Positions 28,567-37,833 of a DNA stretch of 64,000 bases are shown here, piece after piece. The notes under the pieces were generated by a model. It made no database searches, was not told the origin of the DNA, and saw only the letters and a list, made by a program, of their open reading frames with translations. A program made the position numbers and the translations under genes. The stretch comes from an uncultured SAR116 cluster alpha proteobacterium (GTDB taxonomy: Bacteria > Pseudomonadota > Alphaproteobacteria > Puniceispirillales > Marisalimonadaceae): assembly GCA_902543145.1 (NCBI GenBank), contig CACBXG010000003.1:91088-155087 (forward strand), given 5' to 3'. The stretch's first letter is position 1. Each line of letters starts with the position of its first letter.

Positions 28567-31239
28567 ATGAATAAGACTAAAAATTCAGTAAACACAATTC
28601 GTTCTAAGTTCATAAATTATTTTAGTAAAAATGATCATGAGGTTATAACATCAAGTAATCTTGTACCTAACAATGATCCTACTCTTCTTTTTACAAATGC
28701 TGGTATGGTACAGTTTAAAAATGTTTTTACTGGTTTAGAAACAACAGACTTCAATAGAGCTGTAAGTTCGCAAAAGTGTCTACGTGCCGGTGGAAAGCAT
28801 AATGATCTTGAAAATGTAGGTAGAACAGCTAGACATCATACATTTTTTGAAATGTTAGGTAACTTTTCATTTGGAGATTATTTCAAAGAAAAAGCAATAT
28901 TTCAAGCTTGGGAATTGTTAACAAAAGAGTATGAACTTCCAAAAGAAAAATTGCTAGTTACAATTTTTCATGATGATAGAGAGGCTGAAAATTTATGGAA
29001 AAAAATCTCTGGATTAAGTGATAAAAAAATAATCAAAATTAGTACCAGTGATAATTTTTGGAGTATGGGTGATACAGGTCCTTGTGGTCCTTGCTCAGAA
29101 ATATTTTATGATCATGGTCCTTTAATTGAAGGAGGACCTCCTGGCTCTAAAAATGAAGATGGAGATAGATTTATTGAAATTTGGAATTTAGTGTTTATGC
29201 AATTTGAACAAATTTCTAAAAATGAAAGAGTTAATTTACCTAAGCCAAGTATTGATACAGGAATGGGTTTAGAAAGAATATCAGCCGTTCTGCAAAATAC
29301 TCATAATAATTATGAGACAGATATGATGAAGGATTTAGTTGAGGCTTCTTCACTAGTAACAGGTGTAGAAAAAACAAAAGATAATATTGTGTCTCATAGA
29401 GTAGTAGCGGATCATTTAAGATCAATTTCTTTTTTAATTGCTGAGGGAGTTTTACCCAGCAATGAGGGCCGAGGATATGTACTAAGAAGAATAATGAGAA
29501 GAGCAATGCGCCACACGCATCTATTAGGCGCAAGTGATCCAGTGATATTCAAGTTAGTTAAATCTTTAATTGAACAAATGGGTGATGCTTTTCCAGAATT
29601 AGTTACTCAAAAATTGACTATAGAAAACACAATAAAGGATGAAGAAATTAAATTCAAAGACACACTTGATAGAGGTATGAGTTTATTAATGAATGAAATA
29701 GACAAGAAAGTTTCTCCAGGCGTGCTTTCAGGTCAAAAAGCTTTTGAATTATATGACACCTATGGATTTCCATTAGATTTAACAGAAGATGTTTTAAAAT
29801 CATATGGGTGGAAAGTTGATCACCAGGGTTTTGAAAAATCTATGAATGAACAAAAAATTAAAGCAAGACAGGCTTGGTCAGGTTCGGGTGATGATGCTTA
29901 TAATCAAGATATTTTAAAATTATTATTAGATTTACCACCTACTAACTTTAGAGGATATGATGAAATTACTTTTGAAACTAAAATTGATTTAATTATAAAA
30001 AATAATAAAGTTTATGATAATGTTTTAGCAAATGAAAAAGTTGACATTATATGCAATGAGACAATTTTTTATGCTGAATCTGGTGGCCAGATATCTGATA
30101 AAGGGGTTATCATAGGAAAAAATTTTAAGGCTAATATTTTAAATTCAAAAAAAATTACTGTTGGAAATGGTAAAATTATATTTGTTTCAACAATAGAAAT
30201 TGTATCAGGAAAAATCACAGTTGGTGATATAATCAACCAAGTAATAGAATTAGATTTCAGAAAACAAATTTGTTCACATCATTCAGCAACTCATCTTCTT
30301 CATGAAGCATTAAGACAAAAATTAGGTTTGCATGTCGCTCAAAAAGGTTCATTGGTTACTAATGAAAAACTCAGATTTGATTTTAGTCATCAAAAACCAA
30401 TTTCTTCAGATTTAATTAGAGCAATTGAAGATGAAGTAAATTATAGAATATTTTGTAACGATAAAGTTATCACTAAAGTTATGTCTCCCGATAAGGCTAT
30501 TGAAAAAGGAGCTATAGCTCTATTTGGAGAAAAATATGGAGCTGAAGTCAGAGTAGTATCAATTGGAAAAAGTATAGATTATGAAAGAGAGGCTTGGTCA
30601 GTTGAATTATGTGGCGGCACACACGTAAAAAATACTTCTGAAATTTCAACTTTTAAAATATTATCAGAGACTGGTGTTTCATCTGGAGTTCGTAGAATTG
30701 AAGCTTTAACAAATATGGCTGCAATAAACTATTATAACAATGAGTTAGATAAAATTAGATATATATCTTCCTCTCTAAAAACAAACAGTACTCAAGTAAC
30801 AAAAAAAATTGAACAATTAGTCTCAGAAAATCAAAAAATTAACAAAGAATTAAAACTTCTTAAAAATAAATCACATCTTAATTTTGATGATAATTCAACT
30901 AAAGAAACAATAAATGGAATAATATTTGAGTATAAAATATATGATGATTTAATTGTTAAAGAATTAAAGCCTAACGCCGAAAATTTTATCAAAAATAATA
31001 ATTCAAATATTGTTTGTTTAATTAGTAAAATTGATAATAAAGCTTCTATAGTCGTTGCTGTAGATAAATCACTCACTTCTAAATTTAGTGCAGTAGAAAT
31101 GGTAAATGAAGTTTCAGCAATTTTAGGAGGTAAAGGTGGTGGTGGAAGACCGGATATGGCTCAATCTGGAGGATCAGATCCAAAAAATAGCCTAAAAGCT
31201 ATTAATAAGATAAAAGATTACATTAAACTTAAGATTTAG
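28567..31239 (+). CDS. alaS: Alanine--tRNA ligase
   Basis: FTNAGM, HHTFFEMLGNFSFG, DTGMGLER, HSATH, ELCGGTH and GGKGGG. Confidence 0.98.
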   Translation: MNKTKNSVNTIRSKFINYFSKNDHEVITSSNLVPNNDPTLLFTNAGMVQFKNVFTGLETTDFNRAVSSQKCLRAGGKHNDLENVGRTARHHTFFEMLGNFSFGDYFKEKAIFQAWELLTKEYELPKEKLLVTIFHDDREAENLWKKISGLSDKKIIKISTSDNFWSMGDTGPCGPCSEIFYDHGPLIEGGPPGSKNEDGDRFIEIWNLVFMQFEQISKNERVNLPKPSIDTGMGLERISAVLQNTHNNYETDMMKDLVEASSLVTGVEKTKDNIVSHRVVADHLRSISFLIAEGVLPSNEGRGYVLRRIMRRAMRHTHLLGASDPVIFKLVKSLIEQMGDAFPELVTQKLTIENTIKDEEIKFKDTLDRGMSLLMNEIDKKVSPGVLSGQKAFELYDTYGFPLDLTEDVLKSYGWKVDHQGFEKSMNEQKIKARQAWSGSGDDAYNQDILKLLLDLPPTNFRGYDEITFETKIDLIIKNNKVYDNVLANEKVDIICNETIFYAESGGQISDKGVIIGKNFKANILNSKKITVGNGKIIFVSTIEIVSGKITVGDIINQVIELDFRKQICSHHSATHLLHEALRQKLGLHVAQKGSLVTNEKLRFDFSHQKPISSDLIRAIEDEVNYRIFCNDKVITKVMSPDKAIEKGAIALFGEKYGAEVRVVSIGKSIDYEREAWSVELCGGTHVKNTSEISTFKILSETGVSSGVRRIEALTNMAAINYYNNELDKIRYISSSLKTNSTQVTKKIEQLVSENQKINKELKLLKNKSHLNFDDNSTKETINGIIFEYKIYDDLIVKELKPNAENFIKNNNSNIVCLISKIDNKASIVVAVDKSLTSKFSAVEMVNEVSAILGGKGGGGRPDMAQSGGSDPKNSLKAINKIKDYIKLKI

Positions 31240-31247
31240 AGAACATA

Positions 31248-32417
31248 TTGTTAGAAAATTTAAATAAAGAAATAATTTCTTTTAAAGAAACTGCAATTAT
31301 GCAAATTGCAAATTTTGGAAGAAAATACCAATTAGAAAGTGGAAATTATATCTATCCTGCTTGGTTTGGGGAAGGTGATACATCTACAAGTAATTTAATT
31401 AATAACAAAACTATTGAAGCTTTAAATCAAGGAAAAACATTTTATACATATCAAAACGGCATACCTCAATTACGATCAAAAATCTCAAAATATATGAATG
31501 AAGTTTTTAATATCAATACGAAGCCTGAAAATCATAGTGTTGTCACAGGTGGAATGATGGGACTTAGGTTGATTTGTGATTTAATTATCAGTGATGGCGA
31601 TGAAGTTGTAATGGTTGGTCCTGTATGGCCTAACATAAGGTCATCAGTTTTATTAAAGAAAGGTAATATAAAAGAAGTTTCATTAAGATTAAAAGATAGT
31701 AAATGGATATTAGATTTTGATAAACTACTGAACACGATTACGCATAAAACAAAAATGGTTTTTGTTAATAGTCCTGGAAATCCAACAGGATGGGTGATGT
31801 CAAAAAAACAGCAAGAAATCCTATTTAATCATGTTCGAAAAATGGGTTGCTGGTTAATTTCTGATGAAGTTTATCATCAAATAATGTTTAATGATGATGT
31901 GTCACCAAGTTTTCTTCAATTATCTAATTCTACTGATAAATTAATAGTTATCAATTCAGCTTCAAAGAGCTTCAATATGACAGGCTGGAGAATAGGTTGG
32001 ATAACACATCCTGAAGAGTTAGGGCCTCACATAGCTAAATTAGTTCAAATAACAACGACTGGTGTTCCAGAGTTTCTTCAAAATGGTCTAATTTCAGCAT
32101 TGCAAAACTACAAACTTCTTACCAAAGAAGTACGTCAAAATTTAAAAAAATCTAGAGATATAATGTTTCAAAGATTAGTTGAGTGGAGGCGAGTTGAGTG
32201 CAGTGTGCCAGAAGCTGCATTTTATGCTTTTTTTAAAGTAAAGGATATAAAAGATTCTTTAGAATTTGCAAAAAAATTAATCATTGATACTAATGTTGGG
32301 GTTGCACCAGGTATTGCATTTGGGGATTCAGGTGAAGGTCATTTAAGAATATGTTTTGCAGCCAAGCAAAGCTTCATAAATGAAATTATGGATAGATTAG
32401 AGCCAGCCTTGAATTAA
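31248..32417 (+). CDS. Class I/II PLP aminotransferase
   Basis: NSPGNPTG, SDEVY, SASKSFNMTGWRIG and APGIAFG...LRICFA. Confidence 0.88.
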   Translation: MLENLNKEIISFKETAIMQIANFGRKYQLESGNYIYPAWFGEGDTSTSNLINNKTIEALNQGKTFYTYQNGIPQLRSKISKYMNEVFNINTKPENHSVVTGGMMGLRLICDLIISDGDEVVMVGPVWPNIRSSVLLKKGNIKEVSLRLKDSKWILDFDKLLNTITHKTKMVFVNSPGNPTGWVMSKKQQEILFNHVRKMGCWLISDEVYHQIMFNDDVSPSFLQLSNSTDKLIVINSASKSFNMTGWRIGWITHPEELGPHIAKLVQITTTGVPEFLQNGLISALQNYKLLTKEVRQNLKKSRDIMFQRLVEWRRVECSVPEAAFYAFFKVKDIKDSLEFAKKLIIDTNVGVAPGIAFGDSGEGHLRICFAAKQSFINEIMDRLEPALN

Positions 32418-32419
32418 AA

Positions 32420-33784
32420 TCACCAAGGCTGAATAGCATTTTTTAGTGCTTTATAACCTTCAATAAATCCAGGTCTATTACTGCCGTATATTCCATCAAA
32501 AATATTTAAAACATTATCCAACCAATTTCTAAGTTCAATGTTATTAGGATTAGCATCTAAGTATGCATCTCTAATTAAAACAAAATGAATTCTTGGGTCG
32601 TAAGGTTTTTTTGTTCCACCCATGGTTTCATCACCATCAAGAAGTCTTAAAAGCATAGCATCAGCTGATCCTAGTGTTTGTTCATGAATAGGTGGTCCAG
32701 ACATTCTATGCATTACTGAAGTCATATCTCTTCCGTTACCAGTTGTGTAACCCATAGACTTCCATGCTGTATCTATATCAATATTACTCTTAACATGATT
32801 AAGAATTTTTGTGCCAAAATCTCTTAATGGATCAGATATATCAGCAAGCAAATCAGTCAATCTATCTCCGTCCAAATCAGTTGCTAATACTATACATTCT
32901 TGTTTGTTAATTATATCCCATACTAATAATCCATAATTAGTATCAGAAATATGTTGTTCAATTCTTCCAGACCAATTTTCCATACCATCCTTAAAGTCTC
33001 TAGGTAAAAGAGAAATTATTTTGTCAATGTTTGTTTTATGTTCTTCGTAAGCATTTACAGCCCATTTTCGACCAACAGTGAATTTTGTTCCTTCAAGAAG
33101 CCAAATTAATATACCTGCATTAATTCCATCTTCCATCGCTTGTGTTGGTTTAAAAGCAACTCTACCTAATTTACCTGTATCATTAATCATTTTTAAAAAT
33201 AATCGGCAAGCATAAGCCATCTGAATTCCAGGAGTATTCATTTCAGTATGTACAATACCAGTTTTTTCATTAACACTAAATTTAGATTTATCTTGTGAAT
33301 AAGGCAAACATGGCATACATCTTACAACTGTGATTGGACCATATGGACGAACGTTACAAAATACACCTGCTTGTGTTCTTAAAGGGGCATTTCCAGACTT
33401 ACCCATTACAACAACTTTATTTCCAGACTCATTATTAACATATGCATCACCAGCAGTTGACCATTTTATAGATGTGTTTTGCATATTGCCAAACCAGCTT
33501 AATGCTTCAAGTTTAGTGTCATGTCGCATTTGAGACCACATTGGAACAGCATAAAAAGGAAGATTTAAGATATCAGCGGCTGCAATAGTTCCCAATAATG
33601 CGTAAGCGTCTGTTAATGAATGGCATACTGGACTTACTATTCCATCATGTTTTCCGCCTTTCCAAACAATTGCATTTGGATACCCATTTGGCCTTACCTC
33701 GGTCTTTTGGTAAAGTTCCCCAAGAACAGTTTCTAAGTCACCACCTTTAGATTCAGTAACAGCTATTTTCATCAAATCTAACAT
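32420..33784 (-). CDS. Highly divergent isocitrate-dehydrogenase-like protein (IDH/IMDH superfamily)
   Basis: KSGNAPLR...VRP...VVR..Y, FKPT, ISD, DGDRLTD, MTSV and EQTLGS appear in IDH order and spacing. Confidence 0.7.
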   Translation of the reverse strand: MLDLMKIAVTESKGGDLETVLGELYQKTEVRPNGYPNAIVWKGGKHDGIVSPVCHSLTDAYALLGTIAAADILNLPFYAVPMWSQMRHDTKLEALSWFGNMQNTSIKWSTAGDAYVNNESGNKVVVMGKSGNAPLRTQAGVFCNVRPYGPITVVRCMPCLPYSQDKSKFSVNEKTGIVHTEMNTPGIQMAYACRLFLKMINDTGKLGRVAFKPTQAMEDGINAGILIWLLEGTKFTVGRKWAVNAYEEHKTNIDKIISLLPRDFKDGMENWSGRIEQHISDTNYGLLVWDIINKQECIVLATDLDGDRLTDLLADISDPLRDFGTKILNHVKSNIDIDTAWKSMGYTTGNGRDMTSVMHRMSGPPIHEQTLGSADAMLLRLLDGDETMGGTKKPYDPRIHFVLIRDAYLDANPNNIELRNWLDNVLNIFDGIYGSNRPGFIEGYKALKNAIQPW

Positions 33785-33856
33785 TTCAAGTCCTTAATTT
33801 TTTTACAAAAATTTTAAATTTATCGTATATCATTCATACATAAATTAATAAAATAT

Positions 33857-34417
33857 TTAAATATTTTTTAGAAAAATTTTTAAAGAATTTATGTTTTTCA
33901 ATTCCTCAAAATAATTTAAATTATGTTCTCCCATATATTCTTCTTCAATAAGATGATTAATTAGAGAAATAAGAGGATCCCAAAAATTATTAAAATTGAT
34001 AATACCAACTTTTTTTTTAACAATTTGACTTAATTGACACCAAGTTAAAACCTCAAAACATTCATCAAGTGTCCCTACACCACCTGGTAAGATTAAGAAA
34101 GCATCTGATTTTTCGTACATCATTTGTTTCCTCTGGTGCATGTTATTAGTAATTATAAAGCTAGTATTATGTTTTTTTGAATGTTTTGTATCTTGTATAT
34201 CTTTTTTAACTAAAAAATTAGGAATTATACCTGTTGTTTTAGAGCCATACTTTATAGCTGTTTCTGATACTGATCCCATAATGCCATTCTCACCACCACC
34301 AAAAATAATGTCAAAATTATTTTCTGCGATGATTTGACCAACAGTTTTAGCAGATTTTAAGTTCTCACTATTTTTACCTGATTTAGAGCCACCAAATACA
34401 CATATTTTTTTTTTCAA
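33857..34417 (-). CDS. LOG-family nucleotide phosphoribohydrolase (TIGR00730-like)
   Basis: ICVFGGS, GGG..GIMG, MHQRK and LPGGVGTLDE. Confidence 0.88.
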   Translation of the reverse strand: MKKKICVFGGSKSGKNSENLKSAKTVGQIIAENNFDIIFGGGENGIMGSVSETAIKYGSKTTGIIPNFLVKKDIQDTKHSKKHNTSFIITNNMHQRKQMMYEKSDAFLILPGGVGTLDECFEVLTWCQLSQIVKKKVGIINFNNFWDPLISLINHLIEEEYMGEHNLNYFEELKNINSLKIFLKNI

Positions 34418-34511
34418 AACTACCTCTTACAAAAAACAAACTTAAAAAAATTTATATATTAATCTAATAATTTATTTTAAAATAAAATATTAGTTTTTAA
34501 CAAGGTTTTCT

Positions 34512-35540
34512 ATGAAATCTTCAAAAGTAATATATTTTTTATTAACTGGCGCAATAATAGCAGCTTTAGCTCTATTCGTAGTTTTTTATGAAACTGAAAC
34601 TATTGATGAAAAAGAGGTGGTTGTACCTTTAGTAAATAAAGTAGTGGACGCCAAGCCAATCGAAGTTAAACCAACAAGAGAAGAAACTGCAGAAACAATA
34701 AAATTAGAAGTTGTAAGGGTGAGACCAGATGGAAGCCTTGTTATTGCAGGAAAAGGATTGCCTAACTCAAAAATAGAAATCATTTCTAATTCGGAAGTAA
34801 TTGCTGTTACAACAAGTGACAAAATTGGAGATTTTGTTGCTGTACCACAAAAGCAATTAAATAGTGGAGAATATTTTTTATCTTTCAGGCAATCAACAGA
34901 AGATAATAAAGTAGTAATTGCAAATAAATCTGTTGCAATAAATGTTACTGGGAAAAAAGATGATCTACCAATTGTAGCTATTGTAGATAGTCAGGGTAAA
35001 TTAGGTGCCAAAGTTATTCAAGCGCCTGGCTTAGAAAAAAAAGAGCAGAGTATAAAAAATAATAAACAAATAAATACAAAAACTATTCAAGAGCCTCAAG
35101 TTAGAATACTTGCAATAACACATGACTCAAAATCAGGACAACTTGTATTATCAGGAATAGCTCATAATGGTGTGCAAGTAAATGCGGGCTTTACAGGTAA
35201 AGAAACGTCCTCAACTAAAATTATTAATGATGAATGGACTTTATCTGTTCCAGGTAAGTTGATTGTAGGAAAACAAAAAGTTTTTGCGGTTTTGTTAGGA
35301 AAAAATGGTAAGGTATTAAGTGAAAACTCAATAATAATTAGTGGTAAAAGTATTGAAAATGCAAATGGAAAAACACTAATTATTGTCCAAAAAGGAGATG
35401 CTTTATGGAATATAGCATATCAAAGGTTAGGAGTAGGTAATCGCTATATTGATATTTTTGAACTTAATAAAGATAAAATTCAAAATCCTGATCTAATTTA
35501 TCCTAAACAACTTTTCATAATACCAAATAAATCAAATTAA
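34512..35540 (+). CDS. Membrane-anchored LysM peptidoglycan-binding protein
   Basis: N-terminal TM; VVRVRPDGSLVIAG; C-terminal VQKGDALWNIA...N...IQNPDLIYP. Confidence 0.85.
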   Translation: MKSSKVIYFLLTGAIIAALALFVVFYETETIDEKEVVVPLVNKVVDAKPIEVKPTREETAETIKLEVVRVRPDGSLVIAGKGLPNSKIEIISNSEVIAVTTSDKIGDFVAVPQKQLNSGEYFLSFRQSTEDNKVVIANKSVAINVTGKKDDLPIVAIVDSQGKLGAKVIQAPGLEKKEQSIKNNKQINTKTIQEPQVRILAITHDSKSGQLVLSGIAHNGVQVNAGFTGKETSSTKIINDEWTLSVPGKLIVGKQKVFAVLLGKNGKVLSENSIIISGKSIENANGKTLIIVQKGDALWNIAYQRLGVGNRYIDIFELNKDKIQNPDLIYPKQLFIIPNKSN

Positions 35541-35552
35541 AATTATATTTCG

Positions 35553-36158
35553 ATGTTTGATGGACAAATAAATAAAATTTTAAAACCGACTTTAGATCTA
35601 TTAGCAAAAAATTTATTACAATTTTATATACAACCAAATATGGTAACTTTTACCGGGTTCTTTTTTGGACTTTGTTGTTTCTGCTTTATAGTCAATGATA
35701 TGTTTATCTATGCATCTATTTTTTTATTTCTTAATAGATTTTGTGATGGCTTGGACGGAGCTTTAGCAAGATTAGTCGGACAAACAGATATTGGTGCATT
35801 TTATGATATTGTTTCAGACTTTTTGTTTTATTCATTATTTCCTATATCTTTCATATTTTTGGATATAGAAAATGCTTATTCAATATGTTTTTTGTTATTA
35901 AGTTTTGTTGCTACTCAAACAACTTTTCTTGCTTCAGCATGGCTTGTAGAAAAAAATAAATTGTTAATTTTAGAAAATCAAAAAAAATCATTTTTTTATA
36001 TAGGTGGAATTACTGAGGGATTTGAAACAATCCTTTGTTTTATTTTGATGCTTTTATTTTATCAGTACTTAAATTATATAGCATATATTTTTGGGACATT
36101 ATGTTGGATAACTTTCATAACTAGAGTAATTTTTATAAGAAAATTGCTTAAATCATAA
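35553..36158 (+). CDS. CDP-alcohol phosphatidyltransferase family protein
   Basis: PN.VT and DGLDGALAR...GAFYDIVSD motif. Confidence 0.85.
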   Translation: MFDGQINKILKPTLDLLAKNLLQFYIQPNMVTFTGFFFGLCCFCFIVNDMFIYASIFLFLNRFCDGLDGALARLVGQTDIGAFYDIVSDFLFYSLFPISFIFLDIENAYSICFLLLSFVATQTTFLASAWLVEKNKLLILENQKKSFFYIGGITEGFETILCFILMLLFYQYLNYIAYIFGTLCWITFITRVIFIRKLLKS

Positions 36159-36228
36159 AATACAAATTTATTTTGTTCAAAATTTGTTATAAAAATATTA
36201 ATTAAGTAACATTTTTGACAAGTATAAG

Positions 36229-36609
36229 ATGAGTAAAAATATTAAGCATTTGACAAATGAACAATATAGAATAACCCAGCAGCATGGAACAGAGCCAGCA
36301 TATTCTGGAGCATATTGGGATAAAAAAGATGTTGGTAATTATAATTGTATTTGTTGTAATACTCTTCTTTTTTCAAGTGAAACAAAATATGACTCAAGAT
36401 CAGGTTGGCCTTCTTTTTATAAACCAGTCTCTGAGGAAGTTATTGGTAAATCAATTGATAATTCATTTTTTATGCAAAGGATAGAGGTGCATTGTGCAAA
36501 ATGTGATGCACATCTTGGTCATGTTTTTCCTGATGGACCAGAACCTACAGGTTTGAGATATTGTATAAATTCTGCTTCTTTAAAATTTCAAAAAATGAAT
36601 AGTAGTTAA
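36229..36609 (+). CDS. msrB: Peptide methionine (R)-sulfoxide reductase
   Basis: GTE, SGWPSF, HLGHVF.DGP and RYCINS. Confidence 0.95.
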   Translation: MSKNIKHLTNEQYRITQQHGTEPAYSGAYWDKKDVGNYNCICCNTLLFSSETKYDSRSGWPSFYKPVSEEVIGKSIDNSFFMQRIEVHCAKCDAHLGHVFPDGPEPTGLRYCINSASLKFQKMNSS

Positions 36610-36612
36610 TTT

Positions 36613-37410
36613 ATGTTAGGTTCTACAAAAATTTATGGATGTCTTGCAGATCCAATTGATCATGTAAAAGCTCCAACTATTTTTAGTACGATTTTTAAAG
36701 AAAAAAATATAGATGCAGTTATGGTCCCAATACATGTAAAGAAAGATAATTTAGAAAATGTAATAATTTCTTTAAAAAAAATTAAAAATTTCGAAGGAAT
36801 GACCGTTACTATTCCTCATAAAAAAACTATAGCTAATTTATGTGATCATCTTGAACAAGACGCTTCATTCACTCAATCTGTAAATTGGATCAAATTTGAT
36901 AAAAATAGAAAATTAATTGGAAATAATTTTGATGGTCAAGGTTTTGTTGCTGGATTTTTATCACAAAATTTTTTGATAAAAAATAAAAAAGTTTGTATTT
37001 TTGGCGCTGGTGGCGCCGCAGTCTCTATTGCCTGTTCATTAGCAAAACAAAAAATTAAATCTTTGCAAATAATTAATCGTAATTTTGATAAAGCTCATGA
37101 ATTGATAAATAAAATAAAAATTATTGATAAAGATTTGTTAGTAGAAGTAACTAAATATAGAGATAACTACTTATTAAATGATTACGATATAATAATTAAT
37201 GCAACTAGTTTAGGTTTACATAAAGATGACAAACTTCCTTTTGATGTGAGTAAAACTTCCCCTAGTACTGTTATTGCTGACATTATAATGCAACCTTTAG
37301 AAACTAAACTATTAAAAAAAGCAAAAAATTTAGGTCGATCTGTTCATTTTGGAAAATATATGATAGAAAGTCAGATTAATTTGGCAGGCAAATTTTTAGA
37401 TCTTTGGTAG
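36613..37410 (+). CDS. Shikimate dehydrogenase family protein
   Basis: VTIPHK, SVN, NFDG.GF, GAGGAA and INATSLG. Confidence 0.82.
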   Translation: MLGSTKIYGCLADPIDHVKAPTIFSTIFKEKNIDAVMVPIHVKKDNLENVIISLKKIKNFEGMTVTIPHKKTIANLCDHLEQDASFTQSVNWIKFDKNRKLIGNNFDGQGFVAGFLSQNFLIKNKKVCIFGAGGAAVSIACSLAKQKIKSLQIINRNFDKAHELINKIKIIDKDLLVEVTKYRDNYLLNDYDIIINATSLGLHKDDKLPFDVSKTSPSTVIADIIMQPLETKLLKKAKNLGRSVHFGKYMIESQINLAGKFLDLW

Positions 37411-37423
37411 TGAAGGAAACATA

Positions 37424-37822
37424 ATGGAAAAAAACTTTGTTTGGAATGAAGATAAATTAAATAAATTAAAAAAACTCTGGGATGAAGGTTTGCCAATCAC
37501 AAAAATTGGAAACGAAATTGGTGTGTCTAGAAATGCAATTGCTGGAAAAGCCCATAGAATGGGACTACCAAAAAGGAATTCACCTATTTCTAAGTCAGGA
37601 GATCCTAGAAAAAATCAGCAATATAATAATTCAGATACAAGTAAGGTCTTACCTCTAAAAATCATGTTAAGAGATGTTGAATGGTCTAGAAATAGATGTT
37701 GTTGGCCTATTGGTGATCCAAAATTACCTGGATTTTCTTTTTGTGGTACCTCAATAATTCCTGGCAGACCTTACTGTGAAGAACATTCAAATCTTGCATA
37801 TACTAACACGAGAGAAAGTTAA
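37424..37822 (+). CDS. gcrA: GcrA cell-cycle regulator
   Basis: W......LKKLW.EG, SRNAIAGKAHR.GL and CCWPIGDP....FSFCG......PYCEEH. Confidence 0.88.
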   Translation: MEKNFVWNEDKLNKLKKLWDEGLPITKIGNEIGVSRNAIAGKAHRMGLPKRNSPISKSGDPRKNQQYNNSDTSKVLPLKIMLRDVEWSRNRCCWPIGDPKLPGFSFCGTSIIPGRPYCEEHSNLAYTNTRES

Positions 37823-37833
37823 TATAATGTATT

